NCBI GenBank assembly: GCA_051313645.2
Contig: JBNRSN020000008.1
Location: 167,400,001-167,464,000 of the forward strand
DNA: 64,000 nt
Origin: Centroscyllium fabricii
Lineage: Eukaryota
Direction: 5' to 3'
Shown here piece by piece: positions 48,343-60,243 of the stretch. The translations under genes and the position numbers were made by a program. The first letter of the stretch is position 1. Every line of letters starts with the position of its first letter. The notes under the pieces were generated by a model. The model made no database searches. It was not told the DNA's origin and worked only from the letters and a program-made list of their open reading frames with translations.

Positions 48343-49950
48343 CCAGTCCCAATTCCTCCCCTGCTTACTTAACTCATCAGCGAGCAACAACATTTGTCAT
48401 GATCACTGAACTGAACTTCAAGCCCCAAATTCTATCCAACACCAGGACTGCCTACTTCAACCTCCACAACATTATCTCCCCAGCTCCATCACCTCCTTGA
48501 TCACTTCTTGTACTCTCTGCGCCATCCTGCCACGATCTACCCTACATAAATTCCAGCTTGCTCAAATGTTTGCTGTTAACATCCTATCCTGCAAAAAGGC
48601 CCACTCTCATTACCCCAGATTTGTCTTCCTCCATTGTTTTGCAGTCTTAACGCATTAATTACAAAATCCTTGCCCTCATTTACAAATTCTTCCACAGCAA
48701 GTCCTACCCAAACTGTGTAACCTGTGAGCCCTATGTGCAGAAGGGAACATACAAGTTGAGAGATATCTTTAAACTCAACTGTAAGTGGCAGCTATATTTG
48801 TCTAGGCCAATACTTTGAATCCTGTGATTGGCTAACCATTTAATGCAGTCATAAAATATTCATTTTAACATCCTTTGTTTTGGTGGCTCTTGAAAGTATT
48901 CTGAATGAGATGAAGTCGGCCACATACATACCAGTGCGAAGCCAGCAAAGATACAAAGATAAGCAGGGGTTTGTACCAAGTACTGCTCATTGATTTTAAA
49001 TTTAAATAAATGTGTGTTGATTTATAGCCTAAGCCCTGTTCTGATATACATTTTCTTCTGTCTTCCAAAGTCAAGAGGATGATCTATCAGAGCACAGTGG
49101 TAAGGGATCTTTGCTCGATCCCTGGATCTTGCTGCATTTGCCTAGATGTTGGTCAGGTAATGGCACATTCCAGTGCGTAAGGAATGCAAAGTCAGCTTAC
49201 AGGAGTAGCCGACGAAGCTAAAGCCAAGGAGAATATCTAGCATCAAAATCCCAAAACTTAGTGGGCCTCAACCATTGTTCTCAAAAATAATCAGTTCATA
49301 CCCAGGTTAGGAATTAAATATTGTTCTGCTTTTGGTACTCAACATAAGCATCAAATACTCCAAAATTGGTATAGTACATGCCACACAAAGGATAAAGTTT
49401 CTTCTACTTTTTGTCTCCCGAGCTGCGCCAGTGTTTTTTTTCCCCCAATTTGCCAATCATCCTAAAGCTTTGACTAAGGAAGACTCCATTTTGTTGAATT
49501 AAACAAATTTGTGCTGCTGATCTGTGGTCAGTTGAAACTGGTTAAATTAAGTGCACTTAATACTCTTGGAAGACTTTCATCCCATCATTCGGAATTAAAT
49601 TCAAATTCAGGTCCCAGAGGAGAAGCTAATTCATGGAAACTTATATGACTAGTTCCTGCATTGACTCAGCAAAATACAATAAATATTTTTTAAACTGGCG
49701 CATCACCAATTTTGGTACAATAAATGAAGTTAAAAGCTACTGCATGCATTTCCCCTGTCCCCCCCCCCCCCCCCCCACCCCACAAGAACAGTCACACCAA
49801 TTTTGTCAAATGTGGTACAGGTTCATTCTAATTTAAATGGATTATAGGACAGGCTTCTCTTTGAAACTACGCATAAAAGATTTCATATTTTTAAAGTATC
49901 TTTTTTTGTGACTCTACAAACAAAATTTATTTGCATTTAAAGTCTCTTAC

Positions 49951-50043
49951 CTTGCAACAATGGGAGAAAATCTGACAGATATACTCCTGTGTATATCGAG
50001 ATCTACTCAGCAAGGACATAAGATGAGGAACCACAGTAGCATC
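49951..50043 (-). CDS. ARMC8: ARMC8 exon (~6): [31 protein letters not shown]
   Basis: 93 nt; ccctag acceptor, gtaaga donor. Confidence 0.96.
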
Positions 50044-50485
50044 CTAGGGACAATGTCAAAACAAAAATTAAAATATATCCTTAGGAAATGGGTCTCCTAA
50101 AACTTACAAATTGAGGGTTTCTACCTTCCCTCCCTTTCAGCAGTTTCTCATTCCTTGCCAGCCTCTCCAGAGAGGCCATATACCACGTATGGCTAAATAG
50201 AAGGCATGGATTTTGTTTCCAAGTCATCAACAATGTTGTTCTTAGCCAGCCCCCAGGAGGCAATGCAAGAGAAGCCCACTGGAGACCTCTGTGATGGTCG
50301 TACTCCCTGTAGTGAGGCATTCTTGATGCTATAAAAAGGTGCCACGCAGAAGCCAACTAAACACAGAAACTTAGCAGAGTGGGGAAAATAAAACTTGCAT
50401 TTCACTACTCAATGGTACAGGGATGGTCAGCTGTGGCTCAGTTGGTAGCACACTTGCGTCTAAGGTGTGGGTTCAAGTCCCACTC

Positions 50486-53400
50486 ATAAGAACATAAGAC
50501 GTAGGAGCAGGAGTAGCTCATTTGGCCCCTCGAGCCTGCTCCGTCATTCAATAAGATCAGGGCTGATCTGAGCTTGGCCTCAACTCCACTTCTCTACCCG
50601 TTCCCCATAACCTTCGACTCCCTTATCGTTCAAAAATCTGTCTATCTCCACCTGAAATATATTCAATGACCCAGCCTCCACAGCTCTCCGAGGAAGAGAA
50701 TTCCAAAGATTCACAACCCTCAGGAGAAGAAATTCCTCATTATTTCCGATTTAAAAGGGTGCCCCCTTATTCTGAAATTATACCCCCTAATTCTAGATTT
50801 CCACACGAGGGGAAACATCCTCTCTGCATCTACCCTGTCAAGCCCCTTCAGAATCTTATGTTCCAATAAGATCCCCTCTCATTCTTCTAAACACCAATGA
50901 GTATAGGCCCAACCTTCCTTCATAAGACAACCCTTTCATCTCCGGAATCAACCTCGTGAACCTTCTCTGAACTGCCTCCAATGCAAGTATATCCCTCCTT
51001 AAATCAGGAGACCAAAACTGTGCGCAGTACTCCAGGTGTGGTCTCCCCAATGCCCTGTACAGATGTAACAGAACTTCCCTACTTTTATACTCCATTCTCT
51101 TTGCAATAAAGGCCAACATTCCATTTGCCTTCCTAATTACTTGCTGTACCTGCATGCTAACTTTGTGATTATGTACAAAGACCCCCAGATCCCTCTGTAC
51201 CTCAGCATTTTGTAATCTCTCCCTATTTAAATAATAATTTGCTTTTTTATTTTTCCTACCAAAATGGATAACCTTGCATTTTCCCACATTAATCTCCATC
51301 TGCCAAATTTTTGCCCACTCACTTAGCCTATCCATATCCTTATGGAGATTCTTTGCACCCTCCACACAATTTGCTTTCCCACCTATCTTTGTATCATCAG
51401 TAAATTTGGTTACATTGCACTCAGTCCCTTCATCCAAGTCATGAATAAAGATTGTAAATAGTTGAGGCCCCAGCACTGATCCCTGCAGCACCCCATTAAT
51501 TACAGTTTGCCAACCTGAAAATGACCCATTTATCCGGACACTGTTTTCTGTTAGTCAATCATCTATCCATACGAATATATTACCCCCAACCCAGTGAACT
51601 CTTATCTTGTGTGGTAACCTTTTATGTGGCACCTTATCGAATACCCTCTGGAAATCCAAATACACGGCATCTACTGGTTCCCCTTTATCCACCCTGCTCG
51701 TTACATCCTCAAAGAACTCCAGCAAATTTGTCAAACATGATTTCCCTTTCATAAAACCATGCTGACTCTGCCGGTTGATCAAAAATTCCAGATGACAGAG
51801 GGTTATCTACCAAGGCTATTTTTAACAAAGAAAATTTTTTTTAAATCAAGAAATGTGCAGTATACAGTAATTGGGTACTCACCTACAGAATGTTGTTAAA
51901 TGAATGGTGGAAGATGCTTGATTAAGTACAGTACTGCCATAAGAGACTACCGGCAGCGCGGGAGAGCCAGACTCGTTACAGGGGTATTGAGGTGTTCTGA
52001 CTCCCAACAGCGCCAAGAAACCGAGTAGTGGCAGTTTGAAGAACTACCCCCACTGATTAACTCGGCCACCACGGGAGACTCGGACTCTGCAACATTGCCG
52101 GTTATTGATGTGTTTTTGGATGAGAATTTTGCTGGTTAATAGAGAATTCCGGATATTTAGGTGCCGTTTAAAAGAGTTTCCTGCATTATGATTTTCTAAA
52201 TGTTCTGTTACCACTTCCTTAATGATGGACACCAGCACTTTCCCAATGACAGAAGTTACGCCAACTGGTCGATAGTTGCCTGCTTTCTGTCTCCCTCCTT
52301 TCTTAAATAGGGGCGTTACATTTGCGGTTTTCCAGTCCGCTGGGACCTCTCCAGAAACCAGATTAAAACCAACGTATCCGCTATCTCTGCAGCCACCTCT
52401 AGGATGCAGGCCATCAGGTCCAGGGGTCTTGTCCACCTTTAATCCCATTAGTTTGCCGAGCACTTTCACTCTAGTGAAAACGATTGTTTTAAGTTTCCCC
52501 CCCCACCCCAACAGCCCCTTGATTATCCATTATTGGGATGCTTTGTGCAGGTTGTGCACCGAAAATCCGTGTCCCGAAAAGCCGGCAGCTTTAGTCTGCC
52601 GACACAAATTGCCCCGACTGCACTGCGCATGCGCAAGATGGCAGCCGCCATCACGGCTTCGGCGAATGATCTGCGCATGCGCCGCTGAACGGCGAGCGCA
52701 TGCGCAGATCATTCAAAACGGCTGCCGGGTGTTTTGAATGATCTGCGCATGCGTCGCCGGACGGCTAGCGCATGCGCAGATAATTCAATACGGCCGCCGG
52801 TTATTTTCTCGACAGCTGAGCCCCGTGACTGAGGCGGACAGTCACTAGGCAACAGCTGTCAGCCTGAGTCCGGCTCGGCGGCAGCAGCAACCCGAAAGGC
52901 GATGGAGAGGGAAGGCGGACCTACACCCGCGCCCGCACAACCCTCCTTCCCCCCCGCAAGACCGGCCTTTCACTGCTGCCTGACAGCCCTAAAAGGCAAA
53001 CGGAACGCCACACAAGCCTGAGCCCCTCAAAAAACTTCGCGGCGGCCATTATTGGTTGATCTGCGCATGCGCGCGCCAGCCAATCCCAATGTTGTGCGCA
53101 TGCACGCAGCCATTTTGAATGGTGCGCATGCACAGTGTCCAACTTCGTTCTCCCGGTTTTTTCAGTTTCCCGGCACGGGCCTGGTCCCGCCCGTGGCGGA
53201 TTAATGGTGCACAACCTGTACAAAATATTTGTTCAAGGTCTCCACCATTTCCCATTATTAATTCCCCAGACCCATCCTCTGGGGGACCAATGTTTACTTT
53301 AGTTACTCTCTTCCTTTTTATATACCTGTAGAAGCTCTTACTGTCTGTTTTTATATTTCTTGCTAGCTTACTCTCATAAGCTATCTTCTCTATCATTTTT

Positions 53401-53716
53401 TTTTAGTCATCCTTTGCTGCTTTTTGAAAATTTTCGAATCTTTCTGGCCTTTCAGTATTCTTCGCAACATTGTATGATTTTGTTTTCAATTTGATACCAT
53501 CCTTTACTTCCTTAGTTAGCCACGGATGGTTCATCCTTCTCAAGTCTTTCTTGCTCACTGGAATAAATCTTTGCTGAGAGTTATGAAATAGCTCCTTAAA
53601 TGTTTGCCACTGCTCTTGCCCTGTAATATGTTTTCCCAGTCCACTTAAACAAAGGTATGAAGGCAGACTTGGTTTAAGTTCAGGACACTAGTTTGAGACC
53701 TAGCTTTCTCACCCTC
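50486..53716 (-). mobile_element. CR1 LINE (5'-truncated ORF2) carrying two nested insertions
   Basis: ORFs 50856..51491, 51555..51782, 52044..52511 and 53049..53396 are pieces of CR1 ORF2. Confidence 0.92.
52548..53218. mobile_element. Tc1/mariner-pogo-type MITE nested in CR1
   Basis: 13-bp perfect TIR CAGGTTGTGCACC / GGTGCACAACCTG; TA on the right; internal GCGCATGCGC palindromes. Confidence 0.85.
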
Positions 53717-54219
53717 CAGGGGCATGAGCACATAAAGCTAGGCTGACACTCCAGTGCAGTGCTGAGAGAGTGCTGCACTGTCGGAGGTGCCGTCTTTCGG
53801 ATGAGACGTTAAACCGAGGCCCCATCTGCTCTCTCAGGTGGACGTAAAAGATCCCATGGCACTATTTCAAAGAGCAGGGGAGTTAACCCCCGTGTCCTGG
53901 TCAATATTTAACCTTCAACCAACATAAAACACACAAATTATCTGGTCATTTAACACATTGCTGTTTGTGGGAGATGGCTGCTGTGTTTCCCACATTACAA
54001 CAGTGACTCTACTTCAAAAAGTACTTCACTAGCTGTAAAGCGCTTGGAGACGTCCGGTGGTCATGAAAGGCGCTATATAAATGCAAGTCTTTCTTTCTTT
54101 ACCACTGCAGAAGAACTGTCTCTAAGCAACACCTCAAAGAACAGATCATTAAAATGCCCTTGTAAACAGGGCTGGAAAAACTACAAAACCTACTCAGGTG
54201 CCTGAGGCTTTGTACTTAC

Positions 54220-54317
54220 TGTATAAAGTACCTCCACTGGTGTCACAGGGCTCGTCAATATTGTGCGAAGACATCGAAGGCATGCCTCTATAAATTTCAG
54301 ATCTGGAAGGAGGAGAC
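54220..54317 (-). CDS. ARMC8: ARMC8 exon (~5): [32 protein letters not shown]
   Basis: 98 nt; aatag acceptor, gtaagt donor; phase 1 to 0. Confidence 0.95.
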
Positions 54318-54615
54318 CTATTTCGGGGGGAGGGGGGGGGGGGAAGAAAGAAGTTATTCCAGTAAATGAATTATCTCAAGCCAGCAACACTCTCCAATTA
54401 ACTATTTGTTCCAAAAAGGTCCATGGTAATCCCTCTAGTACAATTACCAGAAGCTAATAAACATCTGATTTTCAGTGTCTTCTACAGTCTAGTCACATGT
54501 GCACAAGCAGCTTTCCAATAACTTCATTAAATGGCCAGTCACCATGTTGTTCACCTGGGCAGTTTGACTTGGGACACATCACAGGCAAGCCTAAGCCTTA
54601 GCATACTTTCACATA

Positions 54616-54919
54616 ATGTGGAGGTGCCGGTGTTGGACTGGGGTGGACAATTGTAAGAAGTCACACATCATCAGGTTATAGTCCAACCGGTGGTGCCTGA
54701 CTGACTGATCTGTTAAAACACCATTCACACCTTTGATTGCTATGAATGTCTCTCTGCTGAGGTGTGATGTAGGACAGTTGGAAAGATTACATTTTTCTCT
54801 CCCTCTATAGATACTGTGTTTAAATGAATCTATTTTACTTGCACCTGATGAAGGAGCTATGTGCCGAAAGCTTGTGATTTCAAATAAAATTGTTGGACTA
54901 TAACCTGGTGTTGTGTGAC
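54616..54919 (+). mobile_element. Penelope-like non-autonomous element with inverted pLTR piece and hammerhead core
   Basis: Inverted repeat ~54657-54686 / ~54892-54921; CTGATGA..GAAA at 54845-54869; 12-bp direct repeat TACTTTCACATA (54604-54615, 54920-54931). Confidence 0.75.
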
Positions 54920-55202
54920 TACTTTCACATACACATACTTCCCAGCAGGGGCCACTGGACCGTGATTGCAAACAGAAATCCTGGCTGTTCACGCCTCCAA
55001 CCTAGCCTAGGGTGCTGAAGCCAGTTGTAGCATCCCTTCACTAACCAAGCTAATAATAACTAACAGTACAGACCAGGGATCAAGCTTGGGATCATTCTGA
55101 TCTAGGACAGTACTATACCATGTAAGCCATTAGGACAGATTCACATCAAACAAACAGGCAGGAAGCTCACTCAAAACACACATGCTTTCAAAACAGCAGT
55201 AC

Positions 55203-55345
55203 CTTGTAGTAATGCTGGAATTATGTGACAGTCTAACAAAGACTTGACGTTATTTTCTGTGCCCATTGCGAGACTTCCTAATACTACTGCACATTCCGTT
55301 TTAAGTTCTACAGTCGAAGCCTCTTGCTGTAGTAGGTACAGTAAT
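55203..55345 (-). CDS. ARMC8: ARMC8 exon (~4): [47 protein letters not shown](G)
   Basis: 143 nt inside ORF 55171..55356; ttgcag acceptor, gtactg donor. Confidence 0.97.
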
Positions 55346-56349
55346 CTGCAAAACAAAATAAATTAATATATATTTAAACTCAAACTGTTGAAGTCAAGAA
55401 ATATACAGCCAATTTTCATTTCTAAAATATGCTTGAAAAGTTACACAAGCAGATTACACCAACTGGTCAGGTATTATTAGCCTTTTTAGTTCCAAGAAGT
55501 GCAAATGTTAATATTTTCCTTTAGTGACCAAGGTGTGTATTGAGCATTTAGGTAAATCGCAAAAGGACTGTTTTATATTTGCCCCGCAAGTTAACAAGTG
55601 ACCACTGGTACAAAAACTGCAATTGTATTTAATTCTGCGCATTAATAATTACTTAACTACTGAGGAACCTAAACAGTAAATGCAGTTAATGTTCATACCA
55701 CACGATGCATTCTAAGGGAGTTAAAAGACGAACTGAAAGAATGCAACATTTCATCATTCAAGCCATTAATCCTAATGTCAACCTACATGCATTATACCAG
55801 AATGGAAACATCAATTTTCATTAACACAGTCTATTCTTCTTACTTCAAAGTCACTAATTGCAAATGATCTGTTAATTCAAATTTTAGCACTGAATTCCTA
55901 TTTTGCTATTAACTCAATATTTTGGGAAAAAAAAAATTTTTAGTGCAAAAACTGAATTATCAGAATGCTCTCAAAGTTCTATATTTTGGGGTTTTCTTTC
56001 CTGCACAAGTTAATTAATGCTCATGCTAGGGAAAGGAACATTTTCTACTTTGGCCATCTGTCACATTTCAGAACAGTTAGAGTGAAGAATCCTCTATTCT
56101 ACTCCAATTACATTCCTTAGCCCCTCAGAAAACATCTTGGATTGCATGGGGGTGAATTTATACATGTCCCACCCCAAACTTTGTCTTGAAAGGAGATTAC
56201 CAATCTATCCCAAATCATGGGCAATTTGAATACCAATGCAGACAAATACTTTTTTACCTCATCAGTCCAGGTCAGAGAGTTAAGTATTTGCTTATTCTAG
56301 TACTGGTGCATTTTATAATAATTTTCTAAAATATCTAGCTGAACAGCAG

Positions 56350-58512
56350 CAGATATGGACTTCCAGAAGTCATTCGATAAAGTCCCTCATAAGAGACTGT
56401 TAGCTAAAGTTGAAGCTCATGGAATGGAGGGCAAATTATTGACCGGGTGAGTGGCAGGAGACAGAGAGTAGGGATAATGGGCAGGTACTCCGATTGGCAG
56501 GATGGGACTAGTGGCATCCCACAGGGATCTGTGTTGGGGCCCCAACTATTCACTGTGTTTATTAACAACTTAGATGACAGGATAGAGAGCCTCAAATCCA
56601 AGTTTGCCAATGACACAAAGATAGGTGGCGTTGTAAGCAGCGTAGATGGAAGCATAAAATTACAAAGAGATATTAACAGATTAACAGGCAAAACTGTGGC
56701 AAACGGATTTCAATATAGGCAAGTGTGAGGTCATCCCCTTGGGACCTAAAGAGGATAGCTCAGAGTATTTTCTCAATGGTGAAAAGCTAGAAACAGTAGA
56801 AGTCCAAACAGACTTCAGGGTCCATGTACATAGATCATTAAAATGTCAAGGACAGGTACAGAAAATAATCAAAAAAGCTAATGAAATGCTGGTCTTTATA
56901 TCTAGTGGACTAGAATTCAAGGGGTTAGAAGTCATGCTACAGCTATACAAAGCCCTAGTTAGACTGCACCTGGAGTACTGTGAGCAGTTCTGGGCACCAC
57001 ACCTAAGGAAGGATATATTGGCCTTGGAGGGAGTGCAGCCAAGATTTACTAGAATGATACCTGGACTCCAAGGGTTAAATTAAGAGGAGAAATTACATAA
57101 ACTAGGGCTGTAATTGTGGAATTTAGAACGTTACGAGGTGATTTAATCGAAGTTTTCAAGATATTGAGAACTGATGGTTTTTTTTTTTTAATTCATTCAT
57201 GGGATGTGGGCTTCGCTGGCAAGGCCATCATTCATTACCCATTCCCAATTGCCCTTGGGAAGGTGATGGTGCGTGGCCTTCTTGACCGCTGCAGTCCGTG
57301 AAGTGAAGGCACTCCCACAGTTCGGTTAGGGAAGTTTTTCCCCCCCCCAGGATTTTGATCCAGCAATGATGAAGGAACGGCGACATAATTCCAAGTCAGG
57401 GTGGTGTGTGAATTGGAGGGAAATTTGTAGGTGATGTGTTCCTATGCGCCTGCTGCCCTTGTCCTTCTAGGTGGAAGAGGTCGCGGGTTTGGGAGGTGCT
57501 GTCAAAGAAGCTTTGGCGAGTTGCTGCAGTGCATCTTGTAGATGGTATACACTGCACCCACGGTACGTTGGTGGTGGAGGGAGTGAATGTTTAAGGTGCT
57601 GGATGGGGTGCCAATCAAGCGGGCTGCTTTGTCCTGGATGGTGTCGAGCTTCTTGAATGTTGTTGGAGCTGCAATCATCCAGGCAAGCGAGTGTATTCCA
57701 TCACTCCTGACTTGTGCCTTGTAGATGGTGGAAAGGCTTTGGGGAGTCAGGAGAGGAGACACTCACCACAGAATACCCAGCCTCTGACTTGCTCTTGTGT
57801 TCTCAGTATTTATGTGGCTGGTCCAGCTAAGTTTCTGGTTGATGGTGACCCCACAGGATATTGATGGTGGCGGATTCGGCGATGGTAATGCCGTTGAATG
57901 TCAAGGGACAGTGGTTAGACTCTCACTTGTTGGAGATGGTCATTGCCTGGCACTTGTGTGGCACTAATGTTACTTGCCACTTAACAGCCCAAGCCTGAAT
58001 TTCATCCAGGTCTTGCTGCATGCGGGCATGAAGTGCTTAATTATCTGAGGAGTTGCGAATGGAACTGAAAACTGTGCAGTCATCAGCAAACATCTCCCAC
58101 TTCTGACCTTATGTTGGAGGGAAGGTCATTGATGAAGCAGCTGAAGATGGCTGGGCCTAGGACACTGCCCTGAGGAGCTCCTGCAGCGATGTCCTGATAT
58201 GATTGTATTGGGGTAGATAGAGAGAAACTATTTCCGCTGGTTGGGGAATCTAGGACTAGGACATAACCTAAAAATTAGAGCAAGGCCTTTCAGAGTGAAG
58301 TCAGGAAACATTTCTGAATGCAAAGTGTGGTAGAAATTTGGAAACAGCAGTCAATGTTGGGTCAGTTGTTAATTTTAAATATGAGATTGATAGATTTCTG
58401 TTAACCAAAAGGTATTAAGGGATATGGGGCAACGGCAGGTATATGGAGTTCGGTCACAGATCAGCCATGATCTCACTGAATGGCAGAACAGGCTCGAGAG
58501 GCTAAATGATCC
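56350..58512 (+). mobile_element. CR1 3' half, interrupted at ~57175-58200
   Basis: ORFs 56447..56728, 56739..57083 and 57116.. (RGDLIEVFKI); CR1 sequence resumes at ~58211. Confidence 0.88.
57178..58197 (-). mobile_element. 5'-truncated copy of the Zenon-like LINE family (same family as 21295-25310)
   Basis: Reverse complement of 24320-25310 region; ORF 57502..57762 matches 24733..25017; poly-T on plus strand. Confidence 0.88.
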
Positions 58513-58544
58513 GAATATAAAAAAGGATTAAACTATTACAATAC

Positions 58545-58616
58545 CTTGGTACTGCTCCCAGGACAATCAGATTAGCTTTTTGTTTGTTATTTCCAATTAC
58601 AGCATTCTTCATGTCA
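58545..58616 (-). CDS. ARMC8: ARMC8 exon (~3): [23 protein letters not shown](R)
   Basis: 72 nt; gtacag acceptor, gtattg donor; phase continues from the previous exon. Confidence 0.96.
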
Positions 58617-58696
58617 CTGTACAAAAAAGTTAAACAGACACAAAATGGTCACTAAAAACAAAGTGGTTTGATACTTCAATACTTAATTTGAAAGTA

Positions 58697-59285
58697 CAGG
58701 TTGAAGTTCGTTAATCCGGCAGCTTCAGTCCTTCGGCACAGATTTTCCCGACTGCCCGGCGCATGCGCAGACAATTCAAAATGCCCGCTGTCGGGGCTGG
58801 ACTTCCCTTTCACCCAACATATACTCACTGGATCCCAGCTTAGTGACCACCCCGATGCCGATGGTGAATCTCAGGTCCAGAAAATGAGCTGTTGCTGCCT
58901 TCCGCAGGACGCGGTACAGCCAAAACTCAGCGCCTGGCTCCCCATCGCTGCCGGAGGCTGCTGCGTGCTGACGTCACCGCGTTCCGAAGCTGGCATGCGG
59001 TGGCGTCACGTGAGCCGGGCTTGAGCCGCGCACTGGGTCTCAGGCCCGCTGGAGCCGTGCAGCCCGCCCCTGATCCACCATGGGCAGCAGAATAGAGTGC
59101 GTCCTGTGAGTTCCACCCGACCCTAGGGCCGAAAATGACCTTCCAGGTACCGATGGCGCATGCACAGAGCATTAAAAATTTTGCGCCTGCCATTTTGAAT
59201 GCTCTGCACATTCAATCATTCGCCGTTTTCAGTAATTCGGCAGGGTGCTGGTCCCAACCCTGCCGGATTAACAAACTTCAACCTG
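58697..59285. mobile_element. Tc1/mariner-pogo-type MITE
   Basis: 26-bp TIR CAGGTTGAAGTT(C/T)GTTAATCCGGCAG with 1 mismatch; TA on the left, GA on the right. Confidence 0.85.
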
Positions 59286-60166
59286 GAAAAAGTTTTGTTT
59301 CCAGAACTTATGGTCCTGGGTATTCCATCTCCATTCCCAAATTTTTAATAGAGCCCATTTTAAACCAATATTCTGGCTGTGGGTCCTGTAGAACCCTGGG
59401 CACAGAGCCAGCATCAGTCTTCCACTTCAATTGATTTTTGGCTAGCTGCTGCACCTGTTTCCAGGTGACATCAGCTTCGAGGAGGTCCTTCTCTACAATG
59501 CTTGGTTAGGTTATTCTTGGCCATTTTTGAAAGGGACACTACAGGAGAAGACTATCAAACAGCCGTGTGGAGTTCACTTTAAAATCCCAGCTCATTTTAT
59601 GTTTCAAGAAAGTAACATTCCTCTCTAGGTTGATGAGGCAATTCAAACAAAATCAAAGTCAAGTTTCAGTGCAAATAGCTGGAACAAAGCACTATGCCGC
59701 TACTTTTGAAGTGAGATTTGCATCCACCATTTGCAAGACTAACTCAGGTACCACTTTCAGTGTTGCTTATTAGGACTGATCTTGGGATGATCATTTAATT
59801 GTGGTTCATTTTTCAGTACATTCCAATCACACAGCAGCATGAATGTCAAGAAGAAACCATTCAATTATGGTTTTCAATTAAAGGTTTTGAATTTTCCTTC
59901 CGTACCCATTTCTATATATCCAGTTATATATAGAAAATAACCAAAGTAAGTTTATTTGTCATAGTTGAGACCACCATATGTTCATTCATTCCCAGAATAT
60001 AAGATGGGGGATAGACTTGTATATAATCATTAAATCCATTATTCATTAACTGCAGTCTGTGTGACCGATTAGTTTATGCACAAGTGAGATGTAAAACATT
60101 GTAGCTTGCAAATGTTATGAATTTTATACAAGGAACCAGAAGATATGGATTACATACAGTACTTAC

Positions 60167-60243
60167 ATAACACCTTGCAACACCTTCTGGGGGTCAGGAT
60201 CAAAGAGCCGGTCAACATAATGACGACTGCTGGCTGTAACTTC
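60167..60243 (-). CDS. ARMC8: ARMC8 coding exon (~exon 2): EVTASSRHYVDRLFDPDPQKVLQGV(I)
   Basis: Minus-strand translation matches the vertebrate ARMC8 N-terminus; tttag acceptor, gtaagt donor; 77 nt, phase 0 to 2. Confidence 0.96.

Larger units (their letters stand above)
50421..54100 (+). mobile_element. Deu-domain SINE (SacSINE1/AmnSINE1-like) split by a CR1 insertion: head 50421-50485, body 53717-54100
   Basis: Head TGGCTCAGTTGGTAGC..GGTTCAAGTCCCACTC; body GGAGGTGCCGTCTTTCGGATGAGACGTTAAACCGAGGCCCC...GGCGCTATATAAATGCAAGTCTTTCTTTC. Confidence 0.8.
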
